Assembly: GCA_965216465.1 (NCBI GenBank)
Contig: CBDCFW010000006.1
Location: forward strand, 192,001-256,000
Direction of reading: 5' to 3'
DNA length: 64,000 nucleotides
Source: Bacteroidia bacterium
Lineage (GTDB): Bacteria; Bacteroidota; Bacteroidia; NS11-12g; UBA9320
The position numbers and the translations under genes are program-made. Below the pieces are notes generated by a model that saw only the letters and a list, made by a program, of their open reading frames with translations, did no database searches and was not told the DNA's origin. Shown one piece after another: positions 29,708 to 40,626 of the stretch. Position 1 is the stretch's first letter; every line of letters starts with the position of its first letter.

Positions 29708-31642
29708 CTAATCTCGCAGTAAGACCACTTTACCACTTACCCACTTCTGTCCTACGGGATATCGAATCAAGTAGATTCCACTTGCATACCCGCTCAAGTC
29801 AGCTCTCACTGGCTCTTCGGGTTGAATGTCTTTGATTATCTGCAATACCTTCCCACTCAAATCGGTAATGTACAGTTCTTTAATATTTGTGCTTGCCTTG
29901 ATGTTCACTATTCCTCTTGTTGGATTTGGATAAAAACTCCAGCTGATTGTCTCTGGTTCTACCTTGCCACTATCCTTTGGTGCGGTTAGCGTAGTATCTA
30001 CTTTCGGTGTGAAGCTTACTGATGAATCAGAATAAGATAAGCCTAAATCTGGTACGGTTTGATCACAATCTGGCAAGTAGGTATAACTCTTCACAATACG
30101 AACGAGCATTTCATTCAGCGTCTCAACTTTGTACGCATCTGTACTTGGTTCTAAATGGTCTCCTCCTATCCCACTGTGATTGGTCAAGAAGGCATATGTC
30201 CCGTTGGTAGTGAGCGCCATGCTTCTCAACAAGTATTCTGCACTTTTGTTAATTCCACTTGATACAAGAGGTACAATTCTTATTCCTTTTTCGGCGGCTT
30301 GCTCGCCTAGAACTCTTAGTTTTTCTCGAATTGCTGGATTGTTATGCGGTGGTGCATCAAGTACCAAGAAAATGATTCTCGAGCGTGCATATTCACTCCA
30401 TTCCAACCCATTAATTGCTGAATCTAATGCAACTTCAACAGCCTCTTCGTAGTCTCCTCCTCCGCCAGCACTTTGTTTCGAAATAAATGAAACAGATTCT
30501 GACAATACACGTGTGAAGTTTTGAATTCGGGTCACATATTCATCACCATGATCTCTATAGAAAACATTAGCAAAACTGAAATTCAATTCAGTGCTAATCT
30601 CTTTTGATTTGTAAATGATATCGTTTAACTCCGCCAATAAATAACGCATTTCATCAGACATACTTCCAGTAGCATCTACTACAAAAGCAATATCTACTTT
30701 CTGCGATTGATCGCATTTTGAATCTAACTTCAATTTATTGCTTCCTTTTCCAAAAGGTTTCGCATTCTTAATCGTGCGAATCTTTCCGTTATAGAAAACA
30801 TTGATTCTTAGGTTTTTTACTTGAAGGCTGTCTGCATGTTTTAACGATTGCCATAATTCAGCCTTTCCTGTATTATCTGTTCTTGAAGTAAAAAGCACCT
30901 GATTAGAAGCATCAACCAGTTGTACGGTTAGATCAATTAGTGGCAAACCATTATCCCCCATAACTTGGACCATATACCGATTTCGAGGTGCGAGTTGCCA
31001 TCCTGTTTGATATTGGTTAAGTTCTCCTTCACTTAGATCAGTCCACAGGTCCCATTTACTAAAATCGTTGATTTCGCCAGAAGTCAATCTTCCCGCTGAA
31101 ACATCACCGTCAGGAGCAACAATACTTTTCTCTTCCATAGAATAGGAATCAGCAGCAATACTAAAGTAAGCCGCTTTCGTACGGACACGACTATCAGCAG
31201 CTCCATAACCGGCCATATCATAGCTTACGGCATCTTCTTCGAGATCATCGAGGTCGACCGCTTCATACTTGCTTTCTTTATCTTTTTTAAGGCTAAAATC
31301 TTCTTTTTCATCTGTTTTTATATGAACCTCCTTGGTAATCTTCTTATGACCTGCATAGTTAATTTCACAGGTATAAACCCCGGTATCTAAGCTCACATTA
31401 AAATTTCCATCTCGGTCGGCAATTACTGAAGCTATCAAATCATCGCCTTTGTAAATATCAACGTTAGCAAACCCAAGGTCTCCTGAAGTTCCAAATGAAT
31501 TCACATTGCCGCTAAGTGACTGAGCATTTGTGTTTAACGAAGTAAATAAGCTAGCTAAAAGTAAAATAAAGAATAGTGTTAAATTGTTTTTCATAATAAA
31601 TCGGTATTGGATAAAACTATTGCTTAATACCACTTGTATCAA
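29708..31642 (-). CDS. VWA-domain T9SS cargo protein
   Basis: DIAFVVDATGSM MIDAS, GGGDYEE, DAPPH; C-terminal YPNP...DLSGK...GIY; true start probably at MKNNLT. Confidence 0.88.
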   Translation of the reverse strand: MIQVVLSNSFIQYRFIMKNNLTLFFILLLASLFTSLNTNAQSLSGNVNSFGTSGDLGFANVDIYKGDDLIASVIADRDGNFNVSLDTGVYTCEINYAGHKKITKEVHIKTDEKEDFSLKKDKESKYEAVDLDDLEEDAVSYDMAGYGAADSRVRTKAAYFSIAADSYSMEEKSIVAPDGDVSAGRLTSGEINDFSKWDLWTDLSEGELNQYQTGWQLAPRNRYMVQVMGDNGLPLIDLTVQLVDASNQVLFTSRTDNTGKAELWQSLKHADSLQVKNLRINVFYNGKIRTIKNAKPFGKGSNKLKLDSKCDQSQKVDIAFVVDATGSMSDEMRYLLAELNDIIYKSKEISTELNFSFANVFYRDHGDEYVTRIQNFTRVLSESVSFISKQSAGGGGDYEEAVEVALDSAINGLEWSEYARSRIIFLVLDAPPHNNPAIREKLRVLGEQAAEKGIRIVPLVSSGINKSAEYLLRSMALTTNGTYAFLTNHSGIGGDHLEPSTDAYKVETLNEMLVRIVKSYTYLPDCDQTVPDLGLSYSDSSVSFTPKVDTTLTAPKDSGKVEPETISWSFYPNPTRGIVNIKASTNIKELYITDLSGKVLQIIKDIQPEEPVRADLSGYASGIYLIRYPVGQKWVSGKVVLLRD

Positions 31643-31713
31643 ATAGGTAAACGGTAATTAACTATGATTCGGGTAATTGCTTATTTTTGCTCCCCGAAAA
31701 TTGGACACAAAGC

Positions 31714-32694
31714 ATGGCAAGACAACTGCAAATACGTGAAGCTCTTCGTGAAGCAATGAACGAGGAAATGAGAAAAGATCCTAGCATCCTATTAATTGGT
31801 GAAGAGGTAGCTGAATACAACGGTGCTTATAAAGTGAGTCAAGGTATGCTTGACGAGTTTGGTGAGAAACGTGTAATCGATACACCAATTGCCGAGTTAG
31901 GTTTTGCGGGTATTGCAACAGGTGCTGCCATGAACGGACTTAAACCAATTGTAGAGTTCATGACGTTCAACTTTAGTTTGGTTGCAATTGATCAAGTTAT
32001 CAATGCTGCAGCTAAAATGAATAGTATGAGTGGTGGTGAATTTACTTGCCCAATGGTATTTAGAGGTCCAACCGGTAGTGCAGGTCAATTGGGTGCACAG
32101 CATAGCCAGGCTTTTGAAAACTGGTATGCAAACACTCCAGGATTAAAAGTAGCGGTTTTATCTAATGCATATAACGCTAAAGGTCTTTTAAAATCTGCGA
32201 TTTTAGATCCTAATCCTGTAATCTTTATGGAGAGTGAGCAGATGTACGGTCTGAAGCACGAAGTACCAGAAGAAGAATACTACATTCCATTAGGTCAAGC
32301 AAACATTCAAAAAGCAGGTTCTGATGTAACTATTGTTTCTTTTGGTAAAATGATGCGTGTTTGTGAACAAGCTGTTACAGCCTTAGAAGAAAAAGGTATT
32401 GATGCTGAGCTCATTGACCTTCAATCTGTTCGTCCGATTGATTATGAAACTGTTGCAAACAGTATCAAGAAAACAAACAGATGTATTGTAGTAGAAGAAG
32501 CATGGCCACTAGCTTCAATCTCTTCAGAAATCAGCTATATGATGAGCCAAATGGTATTTGACTACCTTGATGCTCCTATCAAGAGAGTTACTACAGCAGA
32601 TACTCCTCTTCCGTATGCAGTAACATTGGTTGAAGCATTTCTTCCAAATGTAAAACGGGTAGTAGAGGCTGTCGAGTCAGTAATGTACAAGTAA
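31714..32694 (+). CDS. pdhB: Pyruvate dehydrogenase E1 beta subunit
   Basis: GEEVAEYNGAYKVS, DTPIAE, EFMTFNF, AQHSQ; ATG 31714 preferred start. Confidence 0.96.
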   Translation: MARQLQIREALREAMNEEMRKDPSILLIGEEVAEYNGAYKVSQGMLDEFGEKRVIDTPIAELGFAGIATGAAMNGLKPIVEFMTFNFSLVAIDQVINAAAKMNSMSGGEFTCPMVFRGPTGSAGQLGAQHSQAFENWYANTPGLKVAVLSNAYNAKGLLKSAILDPNPVIFMESEQMYGLKHEVPEEEYYIPLGQANIQKAGSDVTIVSFGKMMRVCEQAVTALEEKGIDAELIDLQSVRPIDYETVANSIKKTNRCIVVEEAWPLASISSEISYMMSQMVFDYLDAPIKRVTTADTPLPYAVTLVEAFLPNVKRVVEAVESVMYK

Positions 32695-35600
32695 CTACTG
32701 TTTGATTAATCGCCTTTCGATTACTTCATTTTCTGTAATTATCTTAAGCGTATAAACCCCTGCGTTTAACGTTTTAGGCACTTTGACTATCTGATCTTGG
32801 TCTGTGATTGCCTCATTCAGCACCCGTCTTCCAAGCAAGTCGTAAAGCTCGATGCTATAAACGCTAAACTCTTCGCTATTTACTCTAATTTCTGTTGTAA
32901 ATGGATTCGGTGACACTGCAATTCTGTTCTTATCTTGCAAAACTACCACCTGAGAATATGAAGATTGGCCGTCGAAGTCAACTTGTCGAATTCGATAGAA
33001 CGTTTTACCGCTAATTTGTTCGGCATCGATGAATTGATAATTCGATTGAGAAGACACCGTTCCATTTCCATGTATGCGACCTATTGATTGAAAATCTTTA
33101 CCAAGATAGCCCTTCTCAATTTCATAATACGCACAATTAAGCTCACTAGCTGTCGCCCACTTCAAATGTGCTAAACCGTTAACAACAGCTCCTTCAAAAT
33201 AGAGCCAATTAACCGGCACAGGGACATTATTATTTGATGGATTAAATACCGGAATAAAATTTGAGAACGAGGAAACCGTAAATTCTGCTATTACAATTGA
33301 ATCTCTAACCAAGGTAACCGTTGGCACGAGCTGAACGGGGTCAGCTCCATCAAATTGATTAAGATCTGCTCCACCAATCTTCGATATTCGGATACTGTCT
33401 TGATAAAATTCTTCTAAACTACTTCCTACTGAAACTCCTCGAGCGGCAATTGAATCTCTCCAAATAGACAATTCTCGTTCAGTAAAATATAATCTTATCG
33501 AAGATCCTATACCACTTCCCTGGGGATCAATAAAAAAGTTTCTTGGACCCACAAACGCCATGTTACCCAATGTATCCAAGGCCGTTCTGATGTTAGCCGA
33601 AGAGTCCTGAATATTTATTCCAAAACAAGTTTGACCTAAGAAGCTACTATTAGGATCGATGCTCATTACCAACTTACCCGTAGAGTCAACAATGTCAAAC
33701 CAACCATCACCATATATGCTTTGGCAGCTAGTTGTTCTTTCGTATTGGCCTACTTCAGTTCGCAGAGGTGGTAAGACCGTATCTTTAACACATAAACCAA
33801 AACTATCTCCGTCCGTACTAGTAAACTCACGATATACATGTAACCAAACTGTATCTCCAGCGAGTCCTAAATTTCTTAAGCTAAGGTCCGGATAATTTCC
33901 TGAGGAACTACAATCTTCTTCTACAAGACTTGCACAAGAACCACTAAAAGCTGTAATTCTAAATGCTTTATTATTCAAGCCACCTTGTGTCATTTCAACT
34001 TGTGCATCATCGGATGAAGGCATCACAAAACTGAACCATGCGTCTGCACCAAAAAAGCCACCACATGTTCCAGAAGGCACTACTGAATATGTGGTATTTT
34101 GATTATGGAACGTATCCGTTATGCAACTGCCTTGATTTACATTCAAGTTTTGGGCATTAGTACAATCATCATTTTCAGGCAGATCATTATCAAGAATTGA
34201 TCGAACACCTATAGAAAAATCACCTGCATAACCGTCAAACTGCTGTTTAACTTTCAGATATACCGTATCTCCGGCCAGCGATGTATCTCTTACCAAAAGT
34301 TGATTACCGCATGTATTTGAAGCATTGTAAAAATTGCAATTGCTTGAACAATTGTATGTCGTTAAGCTTCCACAAATACCCGTATAAAGCTGCATGTAAA
34401 CACTATGCTGATTATCAATCTTAAACGTTTGAACTTCAAATGCTCCATTAGCCGGAACTTCAAACTTAAACCAGACGTCTTCGTCATCTCCGCAGCTAGA
34501 TGATTCTTCAACTAGTGCATTTGCCAATGAAAAAGTATCGTAGTCAACAGTTAAGTTGGTAGTCAAACCAATAGCCGTGGCACATTTATCATTTGTAATA
34601 ATATCATCGGCAAGAATTTCTGTCAGTTCAAGCTCAAAACTATCGCGCAAGTCCGTATTAAATCGATTTGAAATACGCATCCAAAGCGTGTCTCCTGCCG
34701 TACTCGTATCAACGAAAGTAATTCCACTTCCACAATTGGTTGAGCTTAGGTAATTGCAATTTCCAAGGTTACAACCATACACCGAAAGTGCATCACAGCC
34801 CCCAGTATAAATTCTGAAATAAGGATTAAAACCACCATTCATATCATAGGTCTGAGCACTGAATGCTCCGCTTGTAGGCACCTCAAATTTTACCCAGATA
34901 TCTTCATCATTACCACAACCACTGAGATTTGCATCATTTGTTGCATTTTCAAGAGTAAGCGTATCACGCATGCCATACAAATTGGCCGAAATTTCTTTAG
35001 CACTTTCACAAGAATCGTGAACGCTAAAAGCACTTGTTGCAATTTCTGTAATGTTTATTCTGAAACTGTCTCTTAAGTCGGTACTGAATCGATTAGAAAT
35101 TCGGACCCAAACTGTATCTCCAGCAATAGCAGGATTAATTACTTGCAAATAGGGTCCACAATTTGAGGAACTGTAATAATCACACGTACCCGAACAATCA
35201 TAAATACTCAAAGCTCCACATCCTCCTTCATACATTCTAAAATAAGGTGCAAACCCGCCATTAAGATCGTACGTTTGAATCTTAAACCCGCCGCTTGACG
35301 GCACTTCAAACTTGGCCCAAACATCTTCATCAATACCGCACGATGCAAGAGAAATATCCGCAAGTGCGTGTTCTAGAGTTAAGGTGTCTCCATCATCTGC
35401 AAATGAAGTGGTTATATCTCGAGCGGCAGCACAAGAATCATGAGCATTGAAGTCGGCTGTTGGTATTTCAGCAAGGTCGATGCTGAAGCTATCTCGAAGG
35501 TCTGTTCCAAACCGATTCGTGATTTTAACCCATACCGTATCTGAGGCGAGGTCTGGATCTATAACTTTCAAACTTGCTCCGCAATTTGATCCAAGATAGT

Positions 35601-36372
35601 AATCACAATTTCCCTGGCATGAATACTCAGTAAGGGTAGCACATCCTCCAGTGAAAATTTTAAAATAAGGACTGAACCCTCCATTTAAATCGTATGTTCT
35701 TACATCAAATCCTCCGCTTGTAGGCACCTCAAATTTGACCCAAACGTCTTCATCATTTCCGCAAGACGGAAGTGAGGCTTCAACTAATGAATTTTCTAAT
35801 GTAAAAGTATCTCTTGCAGAAGTAAGATTCGCGGTTACATCAGTGGCGGCACCACATGAATCATTCAACGGGAAATCGGCATCAGGAATTGATTGAACTG
35901 AAACTGCTGCATTAGAACCTGTATGACTGAACCGCATACTAACTCTTAGGTAGAGTGTGTCTCCAATCAATCCTGTATCTTTTAACAATCGACTGTCTCC
36001 ACAATTCGAACCAGAATAGTAGTCACATGTACCTAAGCATGCATACTGGGTTAGACTTCCGCACGAACCTGTATAAATACTAACATAGGGTGCAAAGTTC
36101 AGATCCACTTTCTGGGTCCTGATTCTAATCCCCCCAGAATTGGGATAGGCAAATTTGAACCATACGTCGTTACTTATACCACATCCTGTCTTATCAGATG
36201 TTGCATTAAGAATTTGGAAAGTATCATACTGAGCAGTCGCATTAACTGTAAGAAGTTGAGCTGCATTGCATGAATCATTTGAGGGAGCTTGGGCAAACGC
36301 AAATACGCTAAACGCAAGCAAAAGACAGAGAGAAATTTGTCGCTTCATAAGAAATAAGGTTAGATTTCCCAA
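32695..36372 (-). CDS. Large Cys-rich repeat T9SS cargo protein (adhesin-like)
   Basis: Six repeats starting [N/H]D.C..A with D[V/I/A]W.[K/S]F; PVPVNW linker; type A CTD; true start probably MKRQIS. Confidence 0.85.
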   Translation of the reverse strand: MGNLTLFLMKRQISLCLLLAFSVFAFAQAPSNDSCNAAQLLTVNATAQYDTFQILNATSDKTGCGISNDVWFKFAYPNSGGIRIRTQKVDLNFAPYVSIYTGSCGSLTQYACLGTCDYYSGSNCGDSRLLKDTGLIGDTLYLRVSMRFSHTGSNAAVSVQSIPDADFPLNDSCGAATDVTANLTSARDTFTLENSLVEASLPSCGNDEDVWVKFEVPTSGGFDVRTYDLNGGFSPYFKIFTGGCATLTEYSCQGNCDYYLGSNCGASLKVIDPDLASDTVWVKITNRFGTDLRDSFSIDLAEIPTADFNAHDSCAAARDITTSFADDGDTLTLEHALADISLASCGIDEDVWAKFEVPSSGGFKIQTYDLNGGFAPYFRMYEGGCGALSIYDCSGTCDYYSSSNCGPYLQVINPAIAGDTVWVRISNRFSTDLRDSFRINITEIATSAFSVHDSCESAKEISANLYGMRDTLTLENATNDANLSGCGNDEDIWVKFEVPTSGAFSAQTYDMNGGFNPYFRIYTGGCDALSVYGCNLGNCNYLSSTNCGSGITFVDTSTAGDTLWMRISNRFNTDLRDSFELELTEILADDIITNDKCATAIGLTTNLTVDYDTFSLANALVEESSSCGDDEDVWFKFEVPANGAFEVQTFKIDNQHSVYMQLYTGICGSLTTYNCSSNCNFYNASNTCGNQLLVRDTSLAGDTVYLKVKQQFDGYAGDFSIGVRSILDNDLPENDDCTNAQNLNVNQGSCITDTFHNQNTTYSVVPSGTCGGFFGADAWFSFVMPSSDDAQVEMTQGGLNNKAFRITAFSGSCASLVEEDCSSSGNYPDLSLRNLGLAGDTVWLHVYREFTSTDGDSFGLCVKDTVLPPLRTEVGQYERTTSCQSIYGDGWFDIVDSTGKLVMSIDPNSSFLGQTCFGINIQDSSANIRTALDTLGNMAFVGPRNFFIDPQGSGIGSSIRLYFTERELSIWRDSIAARGVSVGSSLEEFYQDSIRISKIGGADLNQFDGADPVQLVPTVTLVRDSIVIAEFTVSSFSNFIPVFNPSNNNVPVPVNWLYFEGAVVNGLAHLKWATASELNCAYYEIEKGYLGKDFQSIGRIHGNGTVSSQSNYQFIDAEQISGKTFYRIRQVDFDGQSSYSQVVVLQDKNRIAVSPNPFTTEIRVNSEEFSVYSIELYDLLGRRVLNEAITDQDQIVKVPKTLNAGVYTLKIITENEVIERRLIKQ

Positions 36373-36419
36373 ATTTAGCGTACAAATGCTCCAAATGAAA
36401 GAAGCTTTAGGCTTTTTTG

Positions 36420-37433
36420 TTACTTTTTAAATCTTCCTTTGCTGAAAATACGTACTCCTGTATCTTTTCCTTTTCGCAATTCGCGCTGTTCTTCTTCTGG
36501 AAGTGCTGCAATGGTCTGACATTCTTCAGAGCAACATCCTGAATATTTCTCTGCACATTTAGGACACTGAATAAATAACAAATTACATGCTTTGTTCTTG
36601 CAATTTACATGATCATCAAACGGTTCTCCGCATTGATGGCAATTTGCAATAATGTCGTCTGTAATACGCTCATTTATTCGCTCATCAAACACAAAGTTTT
36701 TACCAATAAATTTGTTCGGCAAGCCTTGAGCCTCAGCGTCTCTACTGTATTTGATTATACCACCTTCGAGGTGATATACATCTTCAAAACCTTTATGCTT
36801 TAAAAACGCACTGGCTTTTTCGCATCTAATTCCTCCAGTACAGTACATAATTACAGGCTTATCTTTCTGATCTTTCAATTCATCAACCACCATTGGAAGC
36901 TGTTCTCTGAACGTATCTACATCTGGGCACCATGCTCCTTCAAAATGACCCACTTCGCTTTCGTAGTGGTTTCTCATATCAATAATGATGGTATCTGGAT
37001 TCTCAGAAAGTTTGTTGAATTCTTTCACGTTGAGGTATTCAGCTGGACCCGTTATATCGAAGATATCTTCTTCAAGTCCGTCGGCAACAATCTTGTTCTT
37101 GACTTTGATTGCTAATTTGAAAAACGACTTTCCATCATCTTCAACTGCATAGTTTAGTCTAATTCCATCCAGAAAATCGATTTCAGACATTGATGCTTTA
37201 AGCTTTTCAAGATTTGAAGTTGGAACGCTAATTTGAGCATTAATTCCTTCAGTTGCTACGTAGATTCTTCCTAGAACTCCTAGTTCGTTCCAGTTGAGGT
37301 AAATGTGGTCTCTAAACAGTTGGGGATTGCCAATTTTGGCATATTTGTAGAAAGAAATAGTCGTACGCTTAACACGGCTATTTTGAATCTTCTTTTTTAA
37401 CTCTTCCCCATTAATAGTATTATGCAATTTCAT
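36420..37433 (-). CDS. trhO: Rhodanese-domain tRNA uridine(34) hydroxylase (YceA/TrhO)
   Basis: SFYKY, EGINAQ, DMRNHYESEVGHF, YCTGGIRCEKA, Cys-rich C-terminus. Confidence 0.93.
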   Translation of the reverse strand: MKLHNTINGEELKKKIQNSRVKRTTISFYKYAKIGNPQLFRDHIYLNWNELGVLGRIYVATEGINAQISVPTSNLEKLKASMSEIDFLDGIRLNYAVEDDGKSFFKLAIKVKNKIVADGLEEDIFDITGPAEYLNVKEFNKLSENPDTIIIDMRNHYESEVGHFEGAWCPDVDTFREQLPMVVDELKDQKDKPVIMYCTGGIRCEKASAFLKHKGFEDVYHLEGGIIKYSRDAEAQGLPNKFIGKNFVFDERINERITDDIIANCHQCGEPFDDHVNCKNKACNLLFIQCPKCAEKYSGCCSEECQTIAALPEEEQRELRKGKDTGVRIFSKGRFKK

Positions 37434-37510
37434 GTTACACCCTTTTTAATGGTGCGGCAAAGATAACATCCTGTTCTAACTACTACAATTTATCTATTTT
37501 TACATCCGAA

Positions 37511-39487
37511 ATGAAAAGGGTATTGGCGATTACCGCACTGGCAATAATTGTGCTGTTAACTGGATTTCTTGCTTATGTAAAATACATCAAGCAAAATGTA
37601 ACAACAGAAGCCTTTAGCCTAATTCCGAGCGATGCTATTTACATTCTTGAAGCAGACGACCCCATAGAAAACTGGAATGAATTTAGTTCCAGTCCATTTT
37701 GGAATTACCTCGCCCAACATGCCTATTTCAAAGAGTTAAGTGGCGATGCAGATTACCTAGATAGTTTAGTGAATGCCAATCAATTTCTGTTAGACCACTT
37801 GGGCAAACGAAATCTCTTTATGTCTGCTCACATGATCTCCAATTCAGACTACGATTTTTTCTTTCTAGTCGACCTTAAAGACGCTGGTAAATTTCAATTT
37901 ACAACAAAATTGATCGAAGCAATTATGGAAGGAGATGACTACACCGTTTTCACTGAAAAGTACTTTGGAATAGCCATTTCAAGCATTAAAGATAAAGTCT
38001 CTGGCGAAGTTCTACACCTTGCTCAAATAGATAATTTCTTAGCATTGAGCTACACTAAAGACATCATTACAAACTGCATTGACGAAAAAGAAAGTCCGTC
38101 ATTTTCCAAGTCAGCCAAATTTACTGAGGTGAAAGACAATGTCTCGCAAAACGGTTTAGCAAGAATCTATTTTCAATACGATTTGCTGGAAGAATACATG
38201 AGTCTCTACTACAGTGATACTCAAGGTTTGTTAAAAGAACTTGAAACTTCATTTTCGTTTTCTGGTTTAGCGATGAGCCTTTCAGATAACACCTTGTTAA
38301 TGAATGGATTCACTTCTATACCAGACAGCATAACATCCTATACATCATTGCTCGCTAAACATGGAAATTCGTCCGTTAATTTCGATAAAATTCTGAGTAG
38401 CAGAATTGCTTACGCTCAGTTTGTGGGTTTGGCAGACTTTAATTCTTTCTACAATGAGTTAATACAGCTTAGAAGTGAAACTGATGTGAAACACTACAAC
38501 CGAATGGTTAATAAGGTTGAGAAAGTTTTAGGTCTGTCTCTCGAAGAGGATTTTTTAAGTTGGATTGGCAGTGAAGTAGTAATTGCTCAGAATTTACCTA
38601 GCAAACTGCACAACAATCAAGACGATTTGATCATAGCCATTAAGGCAAATGATATTGAACTTGCAACTGAAAAACTGGCGAACATTCAAAAGATGATAAA
38701 GCGCCGAACACCCGCACAATTCAGAAAATACGAGTACAAGAATTTTCCGATTTACTATCTCGATGTAAATAACATGTTTGAGTTGTTTTTTGGCAAAGCA
38801 TTTGCCAAACTAACAAAACCGTACTACACCATAATTGAAGACTATGTTGTTTTTAGCAACAACCCAAAAACTATAGTTTCAACGCTTGAAGACTATGAAA
38901 ACGGTTATACCCTTTCAAATTCAGAAACCTTCAAATCAGTGAAAGATGAAATGGATAATAAGTCTGCATTGTTTACTTATATCAACGGAGAATTAGCCTA
39001 TGAGGTTTATCAAAAAAATGTCTCTCCAAAATCTCGATCGGCTTATCACAAGAACAAAAAATACATCGCCTATTTCAAGGGAATTGGCATAGCCTATACA
39101 GCAGACCATGGAGGTTTTTCGAATGATATTTATCTGGCTTTTTCAGAAGAAAATATTTTAGAAGTTAACCCCGTACAAAATATGGATAGCCTCTTCAACT
39201 TGTACTACACCGACTTTTCAAAAGACCTTGCAAATCTTAGTGAATCTGAATCATTTGTTCTGAGCAATTTACAGAACAATACTTTTATCAAGTACTACAA
39301 GGGCACTAGTGTCATACAATTCAAATGCCCCACTAAAAATGGACTTCTGCATGGAAAAGCAAACGAATATTACCTCAATGGTAATTTAAAAGCGGAAGGA
39401 CGCTACAGAAAAGGAAAAAAGAGCGGGGTTTGGAAATATTATGATACACAAGGCAAGGTTGAAAAGAAAAAATGGAATGGTCTTTAA
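37511..39487 (+). CDS. DUF3352-like membrane-anchored protein with C-terminal MORN-variant repeat
   Basis: N-terminal TM, IPSDA, SWIGSE, KPYYT; C-terminal YYLNG...GVWKYY. Confidence 0.7.
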   Translation: MKRVLAITALAIIVLLTGFLAYVKYIKQNVTTEAFSLIPSDAIYILEADDPIENWNEFSSSPFWNYLAQHAYFKELSGDADYLDSLVNANQFLLDHLGKRNLFMSAHMISNSDYDFFFLVDLKDAGKFQFTTKLIEAIMEGDDYTVFTEKYFGIAISSIKDKVSGEVLHLAQIDNFLALSYTKDIITNCIDEKESPSFSKSAKFTEVKDNVSQNGLARIYFQYDLLEEYMSLYYSDTQGLLKELETSFSFSGLAMSLSDNTLLMNGFTSIPDSITSYTSLLAKHGNSSVNFDKILSSRIAYAQFVGLADFNSFYNELIQLRSETDVKHYNRMVNKVEKVLGLSLEEDFLSWIGSEVVIAQNLPSKLHNNQDDLIIAIKANDIELATEKLANIQKMIKRRTPAQFRKYEYKNFPIYYLDVNNMFELFFGKAFAKLTKPYYTIIEDYVVFSNNPKTIVSTLEDYENGYTLSNSETFKSVKDEMDNKSALFTYINGELAYEVYQKNVSPKSRSAYHKNKKYIAYFKGIGIAYTADHGGFSNDIYLAFSEENILEVNPVQNMDSLFNLYYTDFSKDLANLSESESFVLSNLQNNTFIKYYKGTSVIQFKCPTKNGLLHGKANEYYLNGNLKAEGRYRKGKKSGVWKYYDTQGKVEKKKWNGL

Positions 39488-39550
39488 TCATATTTTAATT
39501 CAACGAAGCAATCTAAAAAAGGAATTGGATTGTTGTTCGTTATATAGAAT

Positions 39551-40573
39551 ATGAGGTCATTATATTATTTGTGCTGTTTGTTAATTTTGGGTGCTTGTAG
39601 TGCTCAAACTGACAGCTCAAGCGACTTAAAATCAATGAAATACAACACATTAACAGAAGAAGAGCAAAGGATTATTCTGAACAAAGGAACAGAGTATCCT
39701 AACACTGGAGAGTACACCGATTACAAGTTAGATGGAACTTACATCTGTCGACAATGTAACAGTCCGCTTTATGAATCAAAAGACAAGTTTGATAGTCATT
39801 GCGGTTGGCCAAGCTTCGACGACGAAATTGATGGTGCCGTAAAACGAGTGCCTGATGCAGATGGAAGGAGAACAGAAATCATTTGTAACAATTGTCAGGG
39901 GCATCTTGGACACGTATTTCTTGGAGAAGGATTTACAGATAAAGACACACGTCATTGTGTAAATAGTCTTTCGATGCAATTTATAAAGTCTGGCGAAGAA
40001 CTGCCTGAGCCAATCGTAATAAAAAAAGATCCTAGTACCTTAGACACAGCTACATTAGGAGCAGGTTGTTTTTGGTGTGTTGAAGCTATTTTTCAGCAGT
40101 TAAAAGGTGTTGAATTAGTTGAAAGCGGTTATGCTGGAGGTAAGATAAAAAATCCAACCTATAAAATGGTTTGTGCGGGGGGTACTGGAGCCGTGGAAGT
40201 TGCTAAAATTGTATTTGACCCGAGCATTATATCTTACGAGAATCTGCTCGATATTTTCTTTCATACACACAATCCAACAACCTTAAACAAGCAAGGAAAC
40301 GATGTCGGTGATCAATATCGCTCAGTGATTTTTTATCATAATGAAGAGCAAAAGATTATTGCCGAAAGAGTACTTAAAGATGTAGATGAGTCTGATTTAT
40401 GGGACGATCCAATTGTAACAGCAGTTGAAGAAATTTATAATTACTCGGTTGCTGAAGACTACCATCAGAACTACTTTAACGATAATCGAAACTCTAACAA
40501 TTACTGCAGTTTTGTTATTGCTCCTAAGGTTACAAAGTTCAGGTTAAAATATCCTGAATTATTAAAAGATTAA
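39551..40573 (+). CDS. msrAB: Bifunctional methionine sulfoxide reductase MsrB-MsrA (lipoprotein)
   Basis: GWPSF, HLGHVF, RHCVNS (MsrB); GCFWCVE, GYAGG, QYRS, EDYHQNY (MsrA); lipobox LGAC. Confidence 0.95.
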   Translation: MRSLYYLCCLLILGACSAQTDSSSDLKSMKYNTLTEEEQRIILNKGTEYPNTGEYTDYKLDGTYICRQCNSPLYESKDKFDSHCGWPSFDDEIDGAVKRVPDADGRRTEIICNNCQGHLGHVFLGEGFTDKDTRHCVNSLSMQFIKSGEELPEPIVIKKDPSTLDTATLGAGCFWCVEAIFQQLKGVELVESGYAGGKIKNPTYKMVCAGGTGAVEVAKIVFDPSIISYENLLDIFFHTHNPTTLNKQGNDVGDQYRSVIFYHNEEQKIIAERVLKDVDESDLWDDPIVTAVEEIYNYSVAEDYHQNYFNDNRNSNNYCSFVIAPKVTKFRLKYPELLKD

Positions 40574-40626
40574 TATTGGAAAATCTCCAATAACATTCAT
40601 ATCTTTTTCGTTATTATTGAAGGTAT

